Origin: an uncultured Bacillota bacterium | Lineage (GTDB): Bacteria; Bacillota_I; Bacilli_A; RF39; UBA660 | DNA: 57,575 nucleotides | Reading direction: 5' to 3' | NCBI GenBank assembly: GCA_946617625.1 | Contig: CAMOKF010000003.1 | Location: 1-57,575 of the forward strand | The notes under the pieces: generated by a model | Told to the model about the DNA's origin: nothing | Seen by the model: the letters and a program-made list of their open reading frames with translations, nothing else | The model's database searches: none | In this document: positions 9,611 through 20,281 of the stretch, piece after piece | How the letters are laid out: each line of letters opens with the position of its first letter | Numbering within the stretch: the stretch's first letter is position 1 | Program-made: the position numbers and the translations under genes

Positions 9611-9831
9611 TGAATTTATATACAATTAACTATATTAAAAATAATGAATTAATATATAGATATTTAAGAGATAATTCTAGTTGGTATAAGTATTTAAATA
9701 GAGATGAAAAGTATTTAAAAGAAATAGAAGAAGAAGCAAAGAAGTTTTATGAAGTAAGAATTGAGGATAGAATAAAAAGATTTAAGGATAGTTTGGATAT
9801 GGTCTCTAACTTTTTAGATGTATTAAAGTAA
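9610..9831 (+). CDS. YlbE-like protein
   Basis: 73 aa; ..YLRDNSSWYKYLNRD.. matches the YlbE-like signature; ATGA overlap with the previous gene. Confidence 0.55.
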   Translation: MNLYTINYIKNNELIYRYLRDNSSWYKYLNRDEKYLKEIEEEAKKFYEVRIEDRIKRFKDSLDMVSNFLDVLK

Positions 9832-9851
9832 TAGACTATATCTTTTTTTGT

Positions 9852-9860
9852 TGTTATAAT
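9852..9860 (+). promoter_or_regulatory. Extended -10 element (TGtTATAAT) ending 6 nt before the ATG of the next gene
   Basis: TG at 9852-9853, TATAAT at 9855-9860; ATG at 9867 has no SD. Confidence 0.35.
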
Positions 9861-9866
9861 TGGAAT

Positions 9867-10151
9867 ATGAATGAATTGATGGAAAAAGTAGATGTATTAT
9901 TAAGTGAATTAGATAAACAAGAATGTGTTGTAGAAATAAAAAAACTTAATAATAAGTTATTAATGAATAAAGAATTATTAGATTTAATAAAAGAATATAG
10001 AGTTACTGGAAATGAGGAGATTAAAGATAAAATAATAAGTGATGAACTATATTCTAAGTATAAACATTATGAGAATGAAGTTAATTTTCTTATTTTAAAT
10101 ATAAGAAGTAAATTAAAAGTTATTAATGATAAGAAGGGCTGTATTAAATGA
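9867..10151 (+). CDS. YlbF/YmcA (UPF0342)-like regulator protein
   Basis: 94 aa helical protein with a C-terminal Cys; sits where ylbF does in Bacillus (ylbD-ylbE-ylbF-..-rsmD). Confidence 0.45.
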   Translation: MNELMEKVDVLLSELDKQECVVEIKKLNNKLLMNKELLDLIKEYRVTGNEEIKDKIISDELYSKYKHYENEVNFLILNIRSKLKVINDKKGCIK

Positions 10152-10693
10152 AAATAATTAGTGGTATATATAAAGGTAGAAATTTAGATGGATTTAATTT
10201 AGATGGTACAAGACCTACTATGGATAGAGTAAAAGAGTCTTTGTTTGCTATGATACAAGATTATATAAAGGATAGTGTAGTATTAGATTTATTCTCTGGT
10301 AGTGGTAATCTTGGAATAGAATCTTTATCTAATGGAGCAAAACAAGCTTATTTAGTAGATAAAAATTATAAAGCATGTAATATTATTAAGAAAAATATAA
10401 GTACTATTGGAGTTAAAAATGTAGAAGTATTAAATATGGATTATTTAAATGCCTTAAAGTATTTTCATGATAATAATATTAAGTTTGATTTAATATTTTT
10501 AGATCCTCCTTATAATAGTAATTATATTGAAAAGAGTATTGAGAAGATTGATGAATATGATTTATTAAGTGAAAATGGCTTAATTATAGCTGAAAATGAT
10601 AGTGTTGATAGAATAGTTTATTCTGATAATTTTAGTTCTATTAAAGATAAAAAATATGGAGATAAATGGGTAGTTATTTTAAAGAAATTATGA
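10148..10693 (+). CDS. rsmD: 16S rRNA (guanine966-N2)-methyltransferase
   Basis: RPTMDRVKESLFAMI, SAM motif LDLFSGSGNLGIES, catalytic DPPY. Confidence 0.85.
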   Translation: MKIISGIYKGRNLDGFNLDGTRPTMDRVKESLFAMIQDYIKDSVVLDLFSGSGNLGIESLSNGAKQAYLVDKNYKACNIIKKNISTIGVKNVEVLNMDYLNALKYFHDNNIKFDLIFLDPPYNSNYIEKSIEKIDEYDLLSENGLIIAENDSVDRIVYSDNFSSIKDKKYGDKWVVILKKL

Positions 10694-10724
10694 TAGAATT
10701 AGATTTAGAATAGATGGTGATTGG

Positions 10725-12563
10725 ATGTTTAAATTGAATAATAAGGGTTTTGCATTTTCTACTATTTTATATGGACTTATGATTATGGGTATTATGATTA
10801 TACTTGTTATTATAAGTACTATGCAGACTAATAGAGTTACTAATAAAAACTTTGTTAAAACAATTGAAGATGAATTAAATAGATTTAGTATGACTGAAGC
10901 ACAATTTAGTGCTAATAATAGTTCACAGCAGTATATTGTTCCAATGGGTCATAGTGGATGGTATAAAATTGAGATGTTTGGTTCTCAAGGAGCTTCTAAT
11001 TATGGTGGAAAAGGAGCATATACTTCTGGATTAGTATGGTTACAAGAAAATGCTCATTTATATTTTTATGTCGGTAATAATGGAGCAGCTTCTTTAGTAA
11101 CTTTAGATGAAAGTTATAATCTAGATGCAGATATTACTTCTTCAGCTATTATGGTAGCTGCCGGTGGAGGAGATTCTAATGGTTCTTCTGCAACTGGAGG
11201 TGCTGGAGGTTCAATTCTAGGACTTAATTCAAGTGAAGGTGCTTTAGGTGCTAAACAAAAAGAAGAAGATCCTACTCATCGTCCTGCTACAGGTTTAAAA
11301 GGTGGTCATGGATATTATAATGGAACAGCTGGTACTAATACTGGTGGAGGAGGTTCCTCATATATAGCTGGTTATGCTGGTGTTTGGACTAAAGGTGCTT
11401 CTGAGGGCTCTGGTATGACTAAGTCGAATGCTAGTTATACCCTTGAGATTCAAAAAGAAGATGGTACATATGATGAAGCAAAATATACTCCTCAATTTAT
11501 AAATGGATTTATGTTAGAAGGAGTTCATAGTGGAGCAGGTTATGCAAAAATAAAGAAAGTTTCATCTGGTGGGATAGATAATCCTCCTGCTAAAACTAAT
11601 TCTGCTTTGAGTGGAACTATAACTTCTATAACTGATTGTATTAGTGGTATGTCTGATGGCTCTTCAAATAAAAATAATTATTGGAAAGAAATTCAAGTTA
11701 TCAGTAGTGATGGAGACAGTGCTGGAAAAAATATTGCATATGGTAAAAATTCAACTGATTATCCTCCTGTTACAGATGGTAAAATAACAGTTGGCAATTC
11801 TTCTACTGATATTTATGATGGTGGTACTGGTAATGTTTGTTTAACTTTATCTGGTTTTAATACTCCTGTTAATGAAGTTGCAGTATGGCATAATATTGGA
11901 TTATCTGGAATTCAACATACACTTAAAGTAAAGGTAAATAGTGGTGTTGAAGTTGAAGTTACAAAGCCTTCTATAACTAACGCTTTAGATACAATAGAGA
12001 CATCTAATGGATTACATTATTCTGCTTGGAGTATAAATTCTGACTATAATAATATTCCAAATGGTACATATTATATTCAATCGGCTGCTGATAGTAGATT
12101 GTTTGTTACAAATAATGATAAATTAAGTGAAGATAATAAACTATATGCTTCATCTTTAAACTATTTTGATGGATCAAACAAACAAAAGTGGACTTTAACT
12201 AATGTTAATGGTAAATATATAATAACTTCCGGTTTAAATGGTAAAGTTTTTCAAACATTTGAAGATGGAAAAATATCTAATTTAATAAATGATTTAAATT
12301 CTGTATCAGGTATTGGTGATGGAAAAGTTGGTACAGATAAAAGCCATGGAGAAGCAGATAAAGAAAAATGGAGTATAGTAAATGCTACTGGTGATTCATA
12401 TTATTTTAAAGTAACTTTACAAGGTGCAGAGGTTTCTTTAGGACCAGCTAGCAATTCTATTTCTCATGGTACTATATTGTATCAAAGAGATAATGCTAAT
12501 GATTCTACAAATAAAAAAATAGAAAGAGCAATGAGATTTAGACTTATTCCAGTAGATTATTAA
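10725..12563 (+). CDS. Large surface protein: prepilin-like N-terminus, glycine-rich domain, discoidin-like module, C-terminal ricin-B-like lectin
   Basis: 612 aa; MFKLNNKG|FAFSTILYGLMIMGIMIILVII; Gly-rich motifs (YKIEMFGSQGASNYGGKGAY..VAAGGGDSNG..GGAGGS..GGGGSSYIAGYAG) resembling the bacterial/ALK-type glycine-rich family; YWKEIQVISSDG..VAVWH; C-terminal QKW and EKW repeats (QxW-type beta-trefoil). Confidence 0.5.
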   Translation: MFKLNNKGFAFSTILYGLMIMGIMIILVIISTMQTNRVTNKNFVKTIEDELNRFSMTEAQFSANNSSQQYIVPMGHSGWYKIEMFGSQGASNYGGKGAYTSGLVWLQENAHLYFYVGNNGAASLVTLDESYNLDADITSSAIMVAAGGGDSNGSSATGGAGGSILGLNSSEGALGAKQKEEDPTHRPATGLKGGHGYYNGTAGTNTGGGGSSYIAGYAGVWTKGASEGSGMTKSNASYTLEIQKEDGTYDEAKYTPQFINGFMLEGVHSGAGYAKIKKVSSGGIDNPPAKTNSALSGTITSITDCISGMSDGSSNKNNYWKEIQVISSDGDSAGKNIAYGKNSTDYPPVTDGKITVGNSSTDIYDGGTGNVCLTLSGFNTPVNEVAVWHNIGLSGIQHTLKVKVNSGVEVEVTKPSITNALDTIETSNGLHYSAWSINSDYNNIPNGTYYIQSAADSRLFVTNNDKLSEDNKLYASSLNYFDGSNKQKWTLTNVNGKYIITSGLNGKVFQTFEDGKISNLINDLNSVSGIGDGKVGTDKSHGEADKEKWSIVNATGDSYYFKVTLQGAEVSLGPASNSISHGTILYQRDNANDSTNKKIERAMRFRLIPVDY

Positions 12564-12564
12564 G

Positions 12565-12590
12565 AGTGATTTTTTAATCACTTTTTTTTA
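12565..12590 (+). terminator. Rho-independent terminator
   Basis: AGTGATT-TTTT-AATCACT followed by T7. Confidence 0.7.
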
Positions 12591-12601
12591 TTTGAAAAAA
12601 A

Positions 12602-12628
12602 TTAGCACTTTTTATTGACAAGTGCTAA
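12602..12628 (+). promoter_or_regulatory. CIRCE operator 1 (HrcA binding site), perfect inverted repeat
   Basis: TTAGCACTT-N9-AAGTGCTAA; the N9 spacer plus the first base of the right arm contain the -35 TTGACA. Confidence 0.9.
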
Positions 12629-12643
12629 AGATAATACTAAAAT
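12615..12643 (+). promoter_or_regulatory. Sigma-A promoter of the hrcA operon
   Basis: TTGACA - 17 nt - TAAAAT, embedded between the two CIRCE elements. Confidence 0.6.
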
Positions 12644-12647
12644 ATAA

Positions 12648-12674
12648 TTAGCACTTGTGAAAATATAGTGCTAG
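12648..12674 (+). promoter_or_regulatory. CIRCE operator 2 (two mismatches in the right arm)
   Basis: TTAGCACTT-N9-TAGTGCTAG, directly followed by SD GGAGG of hrcA. Confidence 0.75.
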
Positions 12675-12686
12675 GAGGTCAGTAGT

Positions 12687-13676
12687 ATGTTGACTGAAAG
12701 ACAAAATAAAATTCTTAAATTGATAGTAGAAAGATACATTAAAGAACCTATACCGGTTGGTTCTAAAGTACTTTCGAAAATCCTAAAATGCTCTAGTGCG
12801 ACAGTGCGTAATGAAATGGCGTCTCTAGAAGATATGGGATTGCTTGAGAAGACTCATACTTCTTCAGGTAGAGTTCCTAGTGAAGCTGGATATAGATACT
12901 ATGTCGATAACTTAATGGAACTTAAGAAAATGAATGCTGAAGATATGTTTAAGTTACAAATTGTTTTTAAAAATCAGCAACTTGCTTTATCTGATACAAT
13001 TAATCAAAGTTTACAGATAATATCAGATATGACTAATTATACAACTGTCGTTCTTGGTGGTAGTTCTCATGAGAACCTTCTTAAACAAATAGAAGTAGTT
13101 CCGATTGATGAAGAGAGTATGGTAGTTTTAATAGTTACTGACAAAGGACATGTAGAACATAAAAGTATTAAATTAAAAGATGTTTCTACTGATGAGATTA
13201 AAAAGACTGTTAGTCTTATAAATAATCTTATTGCTGGAACACCAATTGATGAAGTTAGTTCTAAATTGGAGTTTGAAATTAAACCTATTATAGGAAACTA
13301 TGTAAAACAACATGAACAACTATATAATGCTTTCTATCATGTATTTAATGATTATTCTTCACATGATGTTAATATTGTTGGTCGTACTAAGATGCTTGAA
13401 CAACCTGAGTTTTCTAATAATGTAGAAAAAATTAAGAATGTTTTTAACAAATTAGAGAATAAAGAGTTACTTAATAGCATAGAACAAGATGATGACAATA
13501 ATATTAAAGTATATATTGGAGAAGAAAGTAAAATTGATGATGATGTTACTGTTATTAAAACTAAGTTTAAAAATGGTAATGAAGAAGGTACAATTGCTAT
13601 TATAGGTCCTAAGAGAATGGAATATGATAGAGTTGTTGGTATGTTAGAGTACATGAAAGAAAATATTGAAAGGTAG
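12687..13676 (+). CDS. hrcA: Heat-inducible transcription repressor HrcA
   Basis: LTERQNKILKLIVERYIKEPIPVGSKVL.. winged-helix N-terminus; operon position before grpE-dnaK-dnaJ. Confidence 0.9.
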   Translation: MLTERQNKILKLIVERYIKEPIPVGSKVLSKILKCSSATVRNEMASLEDMGLLEKTHTSSGRVPSEAGYRYYVDNLMELKKMNAEDMFKLQIVFKNQQLALSDTINQSLQIISDMTNYTTVVLGGSSHENLLKQIEVVPIDEESMVVLIVTDKGHVEHKSIKLKDVSTDEIKKTVSLINNLIAGTPIDEVSSKLEFEIKPIIGNYVKQHEQLYNAFYHVFNDYSSHDVNIVGRTKMLEQPEFSNNVEKIKNVFNKLENKELLNSIEQDDDNNIKVYIGEESKIDDDVTVIKTKFKNGNEEGTIAIIGPKRMEYDRVVGMLEYMKENIER

Positions 13677-13682
13677 GTAATT

Positions 13683-14261
13683 ATGAAAAAACAAAAAGTT
13701 GAAGAACTACAAGAAGAAAAAGAAAAAGAACAAGAAAAAGAAAAAGTAGTTGAACAGGAAACTCCTGTTGAAGATAAAAAAAATGAAGCTATGAATGCTT
13801 TAGAAACACAAATTCGTACTTTAGAAGAAGAAAATAATAAATTAGTTGATCAAGTTAAAAGAGCTCAAGCTGAATTAATTAATTATCGTACACGTAAGGA
13901 TAAAGAAGTAACAGATACTTTAAAATATTGTAATCAAAGTTTAATTACTGATTTAATACCTATAGTTGATAATTTTGAAAGAGCTATTAAATTAGATGAT
14001 AATAATTTAGATGATGAACTATCTAAGTTCTTAGTAGGATTTAAAATGATATATTCTTCATTATTCGGTGTTTTAAAAAACTATGGTGTTGAAGAAATTA
14101 GTAGACAAGGTGAAATATTTGATCCTTCTCAAGAACAAGCACTTCTTACTGATAAAGTAGATGAATTAGAAAATGAAGCAGTTATTGAAGTATTGCAAAA
14201 AGGATATAAATTAAAAGATAGAGTAATTAGAGCTGCTTCAGTTAAAATAAATCAAAAATAA
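13683..14261 (+). CDS. grpE: Nucleotide exchange factor GrpE
   Basis: Coiled-coil N-terminus, RTRKD.., C-terminal FDPSQEQAL.. pattern; operon context. Confidence 0.88.
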   Translation: MKKQKVEELQEEKEKEQEKEKVVEQETPVEDKKNEAMNALETQIRTLEEENNKLVDQVKRAQAELINYRTRKDKEVTDTLKYCNQSLITDLIPIVDNFERAIKLDDNNLDDELSKFLVGFKMIYSSLFGVLKNYGVEEISRQGEIFDPSQEQALLTDKVDELENEAVIEVLQKGYKLKDRVIRAASVKINQK

Positions 14262-14272
14262 AGGAGAGATAA

Positions 14273-16099
<1,827 letters not shown>

Positions 16100-16104
16100 A
16101 ATAA

Positions 16105-16136
16105 TTAAGTAGTCCTTAATTGGACTACTTAATTTT
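16105..16136 (+). terminator. Strong hairpin with a short T-run between dnaK and dnaJ (partial terminator or mRNA processing/stability element)
   Basis: TTAAGTAGTCC-TTAATT-GGACTACTTAA (11 bp) followed by TTTT. Confidence 0.5.
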
Positions 16137-16161
16137 AGATTATTAATAAGGGAGTGATTAA

Positions 16162-17316
16162 ATGGCTTCAAAACGAGATTATTATGAAGTTTTAGGCGTT
16201 GATAAAAATGCAAGTGATGCTGAAATTAAAAGCGCTTTTAGAAAAAAAGCTAAAGAGTACCATCCCGATTTAAATAAAGATAATCCAGATGCTGCTGAAA
16301 AATTTAAAGAAGCTCAAGAGGCATATTCAGTATTATCTGATGAAAATAAAAGAAAGATGTATGATCAATATGGTCACGCTGGTGTAGGTGCTGGTGGAGC
16401 AGGCTCTTCAGGTTTTGGTGGAGGATATTCTGCTGGTTTTGATGCTAGTGATTTTGATTTTGGTGATATCTTTGATTCTATTTTCGGTGGAGGATTTGGA
16501 GGAAGTAGTTCTTTCTCTGGATTTGGAGGAAATAGTAGACGTACATCTTCCCGTGGTAGTGACGTTTTAATGCGTATGGATATTACTTTTGATGAAGCAA
16601 TTAATGGATGTGAAAAGAAGTTTACTATAGAAGTAGTAGAAGACTGTGATGAATGTGGTGGAGAAGGAGGATTTGATTCTAAGACTTGTTCAACATGTCA
16701 TGGAGCAGGTACTGTTACTTCTCAACAACAAACAATATTAGGTTCATTCCTATCTAAAACTACATGTCCTGATTGTGGTGGTAAAGGTAAAACATTTAAG
16801 AAAACATGTCACGAATGTAATGGAAAAGGAAAAGTTAAAAAGAATAAACGTTTAACTATTAATATTCCTGCTGGTATTAATACTGGTGATAGACAACGTA
16901 TAAGTGGCAAAGGTTCTCCTGGAGCAAATGGTGGAGAAAACGGAGACTTATATATTGAATTTGTAGTTGAAGAACATAAATATTTCATGAGAGATAATGA
17001 TGATATTTATCTAGAAGTTCCATTAACTATTACTGAAGCTATTTGTGGTGGAAAGAAGAAAATTCCTACCTTATATGGTAATGTTTCAGTTAATATTCCT
17101 GCTGGTACTGATAGTGGAGATAAACAACGTATTAAAGGTAGAGGAGTAGATAATAAATATGCTCATCATAAAGGTGATATGTATTTAGTATTTAAAGTAC
17201 TTACTCCTAAGAAACTTAGCAGAGATCAGAAAAAATTATTAGATCTACTTGCCGATACTGATTTAAGTACTACAGAAATAAATAACTTTGAGAAGTTTGT
17301 AAAACAAAGAGATTAG
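16162..17316 (+). CDS. dnaJ: Co-chaperone DnaJ
   Basis: J domain with HPD, G/F-rich linker, four CxxCxGxG zinc motifs ([32 protein letters not shown]). Confidence 0.95.
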   Translation: MASKRDYYEVLGVDKNASDAEIKSAFRKKAKEYHPDLNKDNPDAAEKFKEAQEAYSVLSDENKRKMYDQYGHAGVGAGGAGSSGFGGGYSAGFDASDFDFGDIFDSIFGGGFGGSSSFSGFGGNSRRTSSRGSDVLMRMDITFDEAINGCEKKFTIEVVEDCDECGGEGGFDSKTCSTCHGAGTVTSQQQTILGSFLSKTTCPDCGGKGKTFKKTCHECNGKGKVKKNKRLTINIPAGINTGDRQRISGKGSPGANGGENGDLYIEFVVEEHKYFMRDNDDIYLEVPLTITEAICGGKKKIPTLYGNVSVNIPAGTDSGDKQRIKGRGVDNKYAHHKGDMYLVFKVLTPKKLSRDQKKLLDLLADTDLSTTEINNFEKFVKQRD

Positions 17317-17345
17317 AAATTACTTATTGTAATTTCTTTTTTTTA
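17315..17345 (+). terminator. Rho-independent terminator after dnaJ
   Basis: AGAAATTAC-TTATT-GTAATTTCT followed by T7; then extended -10 TGaTATAAT (17346-17354). Confidence 0.75.
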
Positions 17346-17382
17346 TGATATAATACACATACATTTTAAAACGAGGGGTTTT

Positions 17383-18459
17383 ATGAATAAAGAGAAGGAA
17401 GAAATTAGTAAATATAAAATTTTTTTTAAAAACGTTATTTCTAATAATCAATGTACTTACTTTATCTCTAAAAAGAGTAAAACTGGTTATTATTTTCCTA
17501 CTTTTTTTGAGACAAAATTTAGTGAATGTGATATTAATGATTATTTAAAGTTTAATGATTCGGTTAATAGAATAATTATAAAGTTTCAAGAATGTTTGAA
17601 AAATAATTTTCCAAAAGAATACTTATCTAATTTTAATAATAATCTTAATACTTTGGGATTTTATGACGACAGATCAAATTTTCTTAAAAGAATAAAAGAC
17701 ATAGTTAAATCCGGTGGAGCAATAGCTTCTTATGATATGTTAAATAATGATTTGCATATTTTTGATAATGTTTGTAGTGATAAGGAGTTTGAACATATTT
17801 TAATGCATGAATTGTTACATATGTCATCTACTAGTAATAAGACAATTTGTGGTTTAAATACTATTGTTATGAATTCTAAAAATAAAATCATATCATTTGG
17901 AGATGGCTTGAATGAAGGGTATACTGAATATCTTTTATCAAAATATTTTAATGTTCCTATAAATAGTATTTATTATAAAGAACAAGTACAAATGGCTAAA
18001 ATGGTTGAAAAAATAGTTGGTAAAGATTTGATGGAAAAAAGCTATTTTAAGTCAGGTATAGTTCCTATTATTAATAAATTAAGTTATTTATCAACTTGTG
18101 ATTTAGCTATTGATACATTATGTAGTATAGACAAAACAACTTATCGTTCTAGTGAATATGGTAATAGACGTCTCTTTAGAGATGCACGTAACAATATATC
18201 AAAGATTTTTTTATCTAAATTAAATTATGAGTTAAGAAATAATATTATAGATTCTGATACTTATCATACTTCTAAATATATTAATTGTGATGTATATCGT
18301 TTCTTTAACTATAGTTTTACTAAAGATAATACTACTTTAGATATTGATGATGATAGAGTATATATATTAGATAAAGGTTTTAAAAGTATTACTTGTAGTC
18401 CAACTAAAGAATATTCTAATTATGTAAAAAGTAAAAATATTACTAAGTATAATTATTAA
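17383..18459 (+). CDS. Free-standing gluzincin-like metallopeptidase-domain protein, paralogous to the C-terminal domain of the 731-3109 toxin-like protein
   Basis: 358 aa, no signal peptide; HELLH (HExxH) then GDGLNEGYTEY; shared downstream ..SYFKSG.. vs ..AYFKND.. block with the toxin C-terminus. Confidence 0.5.
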   Translation: MNKEKEEISKYKIFFKNVISNNQCTYFISKKSKTGYYFPTFFETKFSECDINDYLKFNDSVNRIIIKFQECLKNNFPKEYLSNFNNNLNTLGFYDDRSNFLKRIKDIVKSGGAIASYDMLNNDLHIFDNVCSDKEFEHILMHELLHMSSTSNKTICGLNTIVMNSKNKIISFGDGLNEGYTEYLLSKYFNVPINSIYYKEQVQMAKMVEKIVGKDLMEKSYFKSGIVPIINKLSYLSTCDLAIDTLCSIDKTTYRSSEYGNRRLFRDARNNISKIFLSKLNYELRNNIIDSDTYHTSKYINCDVYRFFNYSFTKDNTTLDIDDDRVYILDKGFKSITCSPTKEYSNYVKSKNITKYNY

Positions 18460-18509
18460 TACTTTTATTTTATTTTTTCTTATTGTATAATTATACTAGA
18501 GGTGATTGT

Positions 18510-18713
18510 ATGAAGGCTTCAAAGAAAAATAACTTAATTATGCAACAAAATAAAAGTTTAATAATGATTGCTGTTGTTATTATTATCGTTATTGGTGTTG
18601 TTGGATTTGTTGTATTGTTCCAAGATAATGGATCTACTTCTAATTCAAATTCTACTTCATCTGTATCAGAAGATGGTGTAGTTAATGATATGTATATGAC
18701 AAGACCTAATTAA
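18510..18713 (+). CDS. Small single-pass membrane protein
   Basis: 67 aa from ATG 18510 (SD AGGTGA); one TM (LIMIAVVIIIVIGVVGFVVLF) and a Ser/Asn-rich tail. Confidence 0.45.
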   Translation: MKASKKNNLIMQQNKSLIMIAVVIIIVIGVVGFVVLFQDNGSTSNSNSTSSVSEDGVVNDMYMTRPN

Positions 18714-18807
18714 TACGTTATTTAACGTATTTTTTTTTGATTTGTTTGCTTTAGCAATAAAAACTATGTTAAGATGATTTTGGTATATTTTAGAAGGAGG
18801 TATTCAA

Positions 18808-19734
18808 ATGGCTGTTGGAACAAAAGGAGATCAATATACTAAAGAAATAATTAAGAGAATATTAGAAGAAGGTTGTTTAGATAAAGATCCAAGACCTAAA
18901 TATAGTGATGGAACTCCTGCGCATACTTTATCTGTTAATCATGGTATGTGTACTTATGATTTAAGTAAAGGAGAGTCACCTTTAATTACTTTAAGACCTA
19001 TAGCAACTAAGGCTGCTATAAGTGAAATATTATGGATATATCAACAAGAGAGTAATGATTTGGTAACATTTGATGAATTATTAGGTAAAAATACATGGGA
19101 TAAAGATCATAAGATTAACAACTGGTGGGAAGAATGGGCTATTCGAGATAAAGATGGTAACTATGAATTAAATGATAAAGGACATCCTACTATTGGAGCT
19201 TGTTATGGAGAAACAATTAGAAGACATGACTTAGTTAAAGAACTATTAAAAGGTTTAAAAGAAAATCCAGATGGAAGAAGACATATAATAAGCATGTGGC
19301 AAGTGGAAGATTTTAAAGATCCTCATGGATTAAAGCCTTGTGCATTTCAAACTGTTTGGAATGTAAGACATGGTAATGATAATAAAGATTATTTAGATAT
19401 GTGTTTATTTCAAAGAAGTAGTGATTTCTTAACTGCTGGTTGTATTAATCAAGTACAATATGTAATATTACAACATTTAATTGCTAGACATATTGGTATG
19501 ACTCCAGGTAGATTTACATGGTTTTATGATAATATTCAAATATATGATAGACATATGGAACAAGCTAAAGAAATGCTTAATCGTGAATGTATAGATTGTA
19601 ATCCAAAAATAGAAATAAATCCTGAGAAGTTAGATTTCTACGATATTAAACCAGAAGATATTAAGATTGTTGATTATCCTAGAGAAAAGGTAAAAACAAA
19701 AAATCCACAGCTAAAATTTGATTTAGGTATATAA
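18808..19734 (+). CDS. thyA: Thymidylate synthase (B. subtilis ThyA/phage-type lineage)
   Basis: GTPAHTLSV, AISEILWIYQ, RRHIISMWQ, catalytic LKPCAFQTVWNV, QRSSD; followed by DHFR. Confidence 0.8.
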   Translation: MAVGTKGDQYTKEIIKRILEEGCLDKDPRPKYSDGTPAHTLSVNHGMCTYDLSKGESPLITLRPIATKAAISEILWIYQQESNDLVTFDELLGKNTWDKDHKINNWWEEWAIRDKDGNYELNDKGHPTIGACYGETIRRHDLVKELLKGLKENPDGRRHIISMWQVEDFKDPHGLKPCAFQTVWNVRHGNDNKDYLDMCLFQRSSDFLTAGCINQVQYVILQHLIARHIGMTPGRFTWFYDNIQIYDRHMEQAKEMLNRECIDCNPKIEINPEKLDFYDIKPEDIKIVDYPREKVKTKNPQLKFDLGI

Positions 19735-19736
19735 AT

Positions 19737-20228
19737 ATGAAGAATGTAACTATTATTGCAGCGGTTGGTAAAAACCGTGAATTGGGAAAAAATAATGATT
19801 TGATATGGCATTTACCAGATGATTTAAAATTTTTTAAAGAGAATACTATTGGTAAACCTATAGTTATGGGTTTAAATACTTTAAAGTCTCTTCCTAGAAA
19901 ATTAAAGGATAGACAATATGTAGTTTTAACTAATCAAGATGTTGAACTAGATAAAGATGTTATAATAGTTAAATCATTGGATGAATTGTTAGATTATATA
20001 GGAAGTAGAGAAGATGAGTTTATGATTATTGGTGGAGCATCTATTTATGCTCAAATGATTAATCATGCTGATAAAATGTTACTTACAGAAATTGATGCAA
20101 CTGATAAAGATGCAGATTGTTTCTTTCCAGAATTTAATAAGAATGATTGGGATAGTAATGTATTATCTTCACATACTACACCTGAAAATATTTCATATAA
20201 ACATTTAGTTTACAAAAGAAAAAGATAA
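19737..20228 (+). CDS. folA: Dihydrofolate reductase
   Basis: IIAAVGKNRELGKNNDLIWHLPDDLKFFKENT..PIVMG, IIGGASIY. Confidence 0.88.
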   Translation: MKNVTIIAAVGKNRELGKNNDLIWHLPDDLKFFKENTIGKPIVMGLNTLKSLPRKLKDRQYVVLTNQDVELDKDVIIVKSLDELLDYIGSREDEFMIIGGASIYAQMINHADKMLLTEIDATDKDADCFFPEFNKNDWDSNVLSSHTTPENISYKHLVYKRKR

Positions 20229-20281
20229 TTATTTATCTTTTTTATTTTCTTTGATAAAATTGTCTTAAGGTAGGTGTTTTT

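Noticed and set aside
13352-13654. Antisense 100-aa ORF within hrcA
   Set aside because: It is opposite a confidently identified gene and has no initiation signals.
16388-16570. 60-aa ORF in an alternative frame within dnaJ
   Set aside because: It lies inside the G/F-rich linker coding region of dnaJ, has a low-complexity translation and has no SD.
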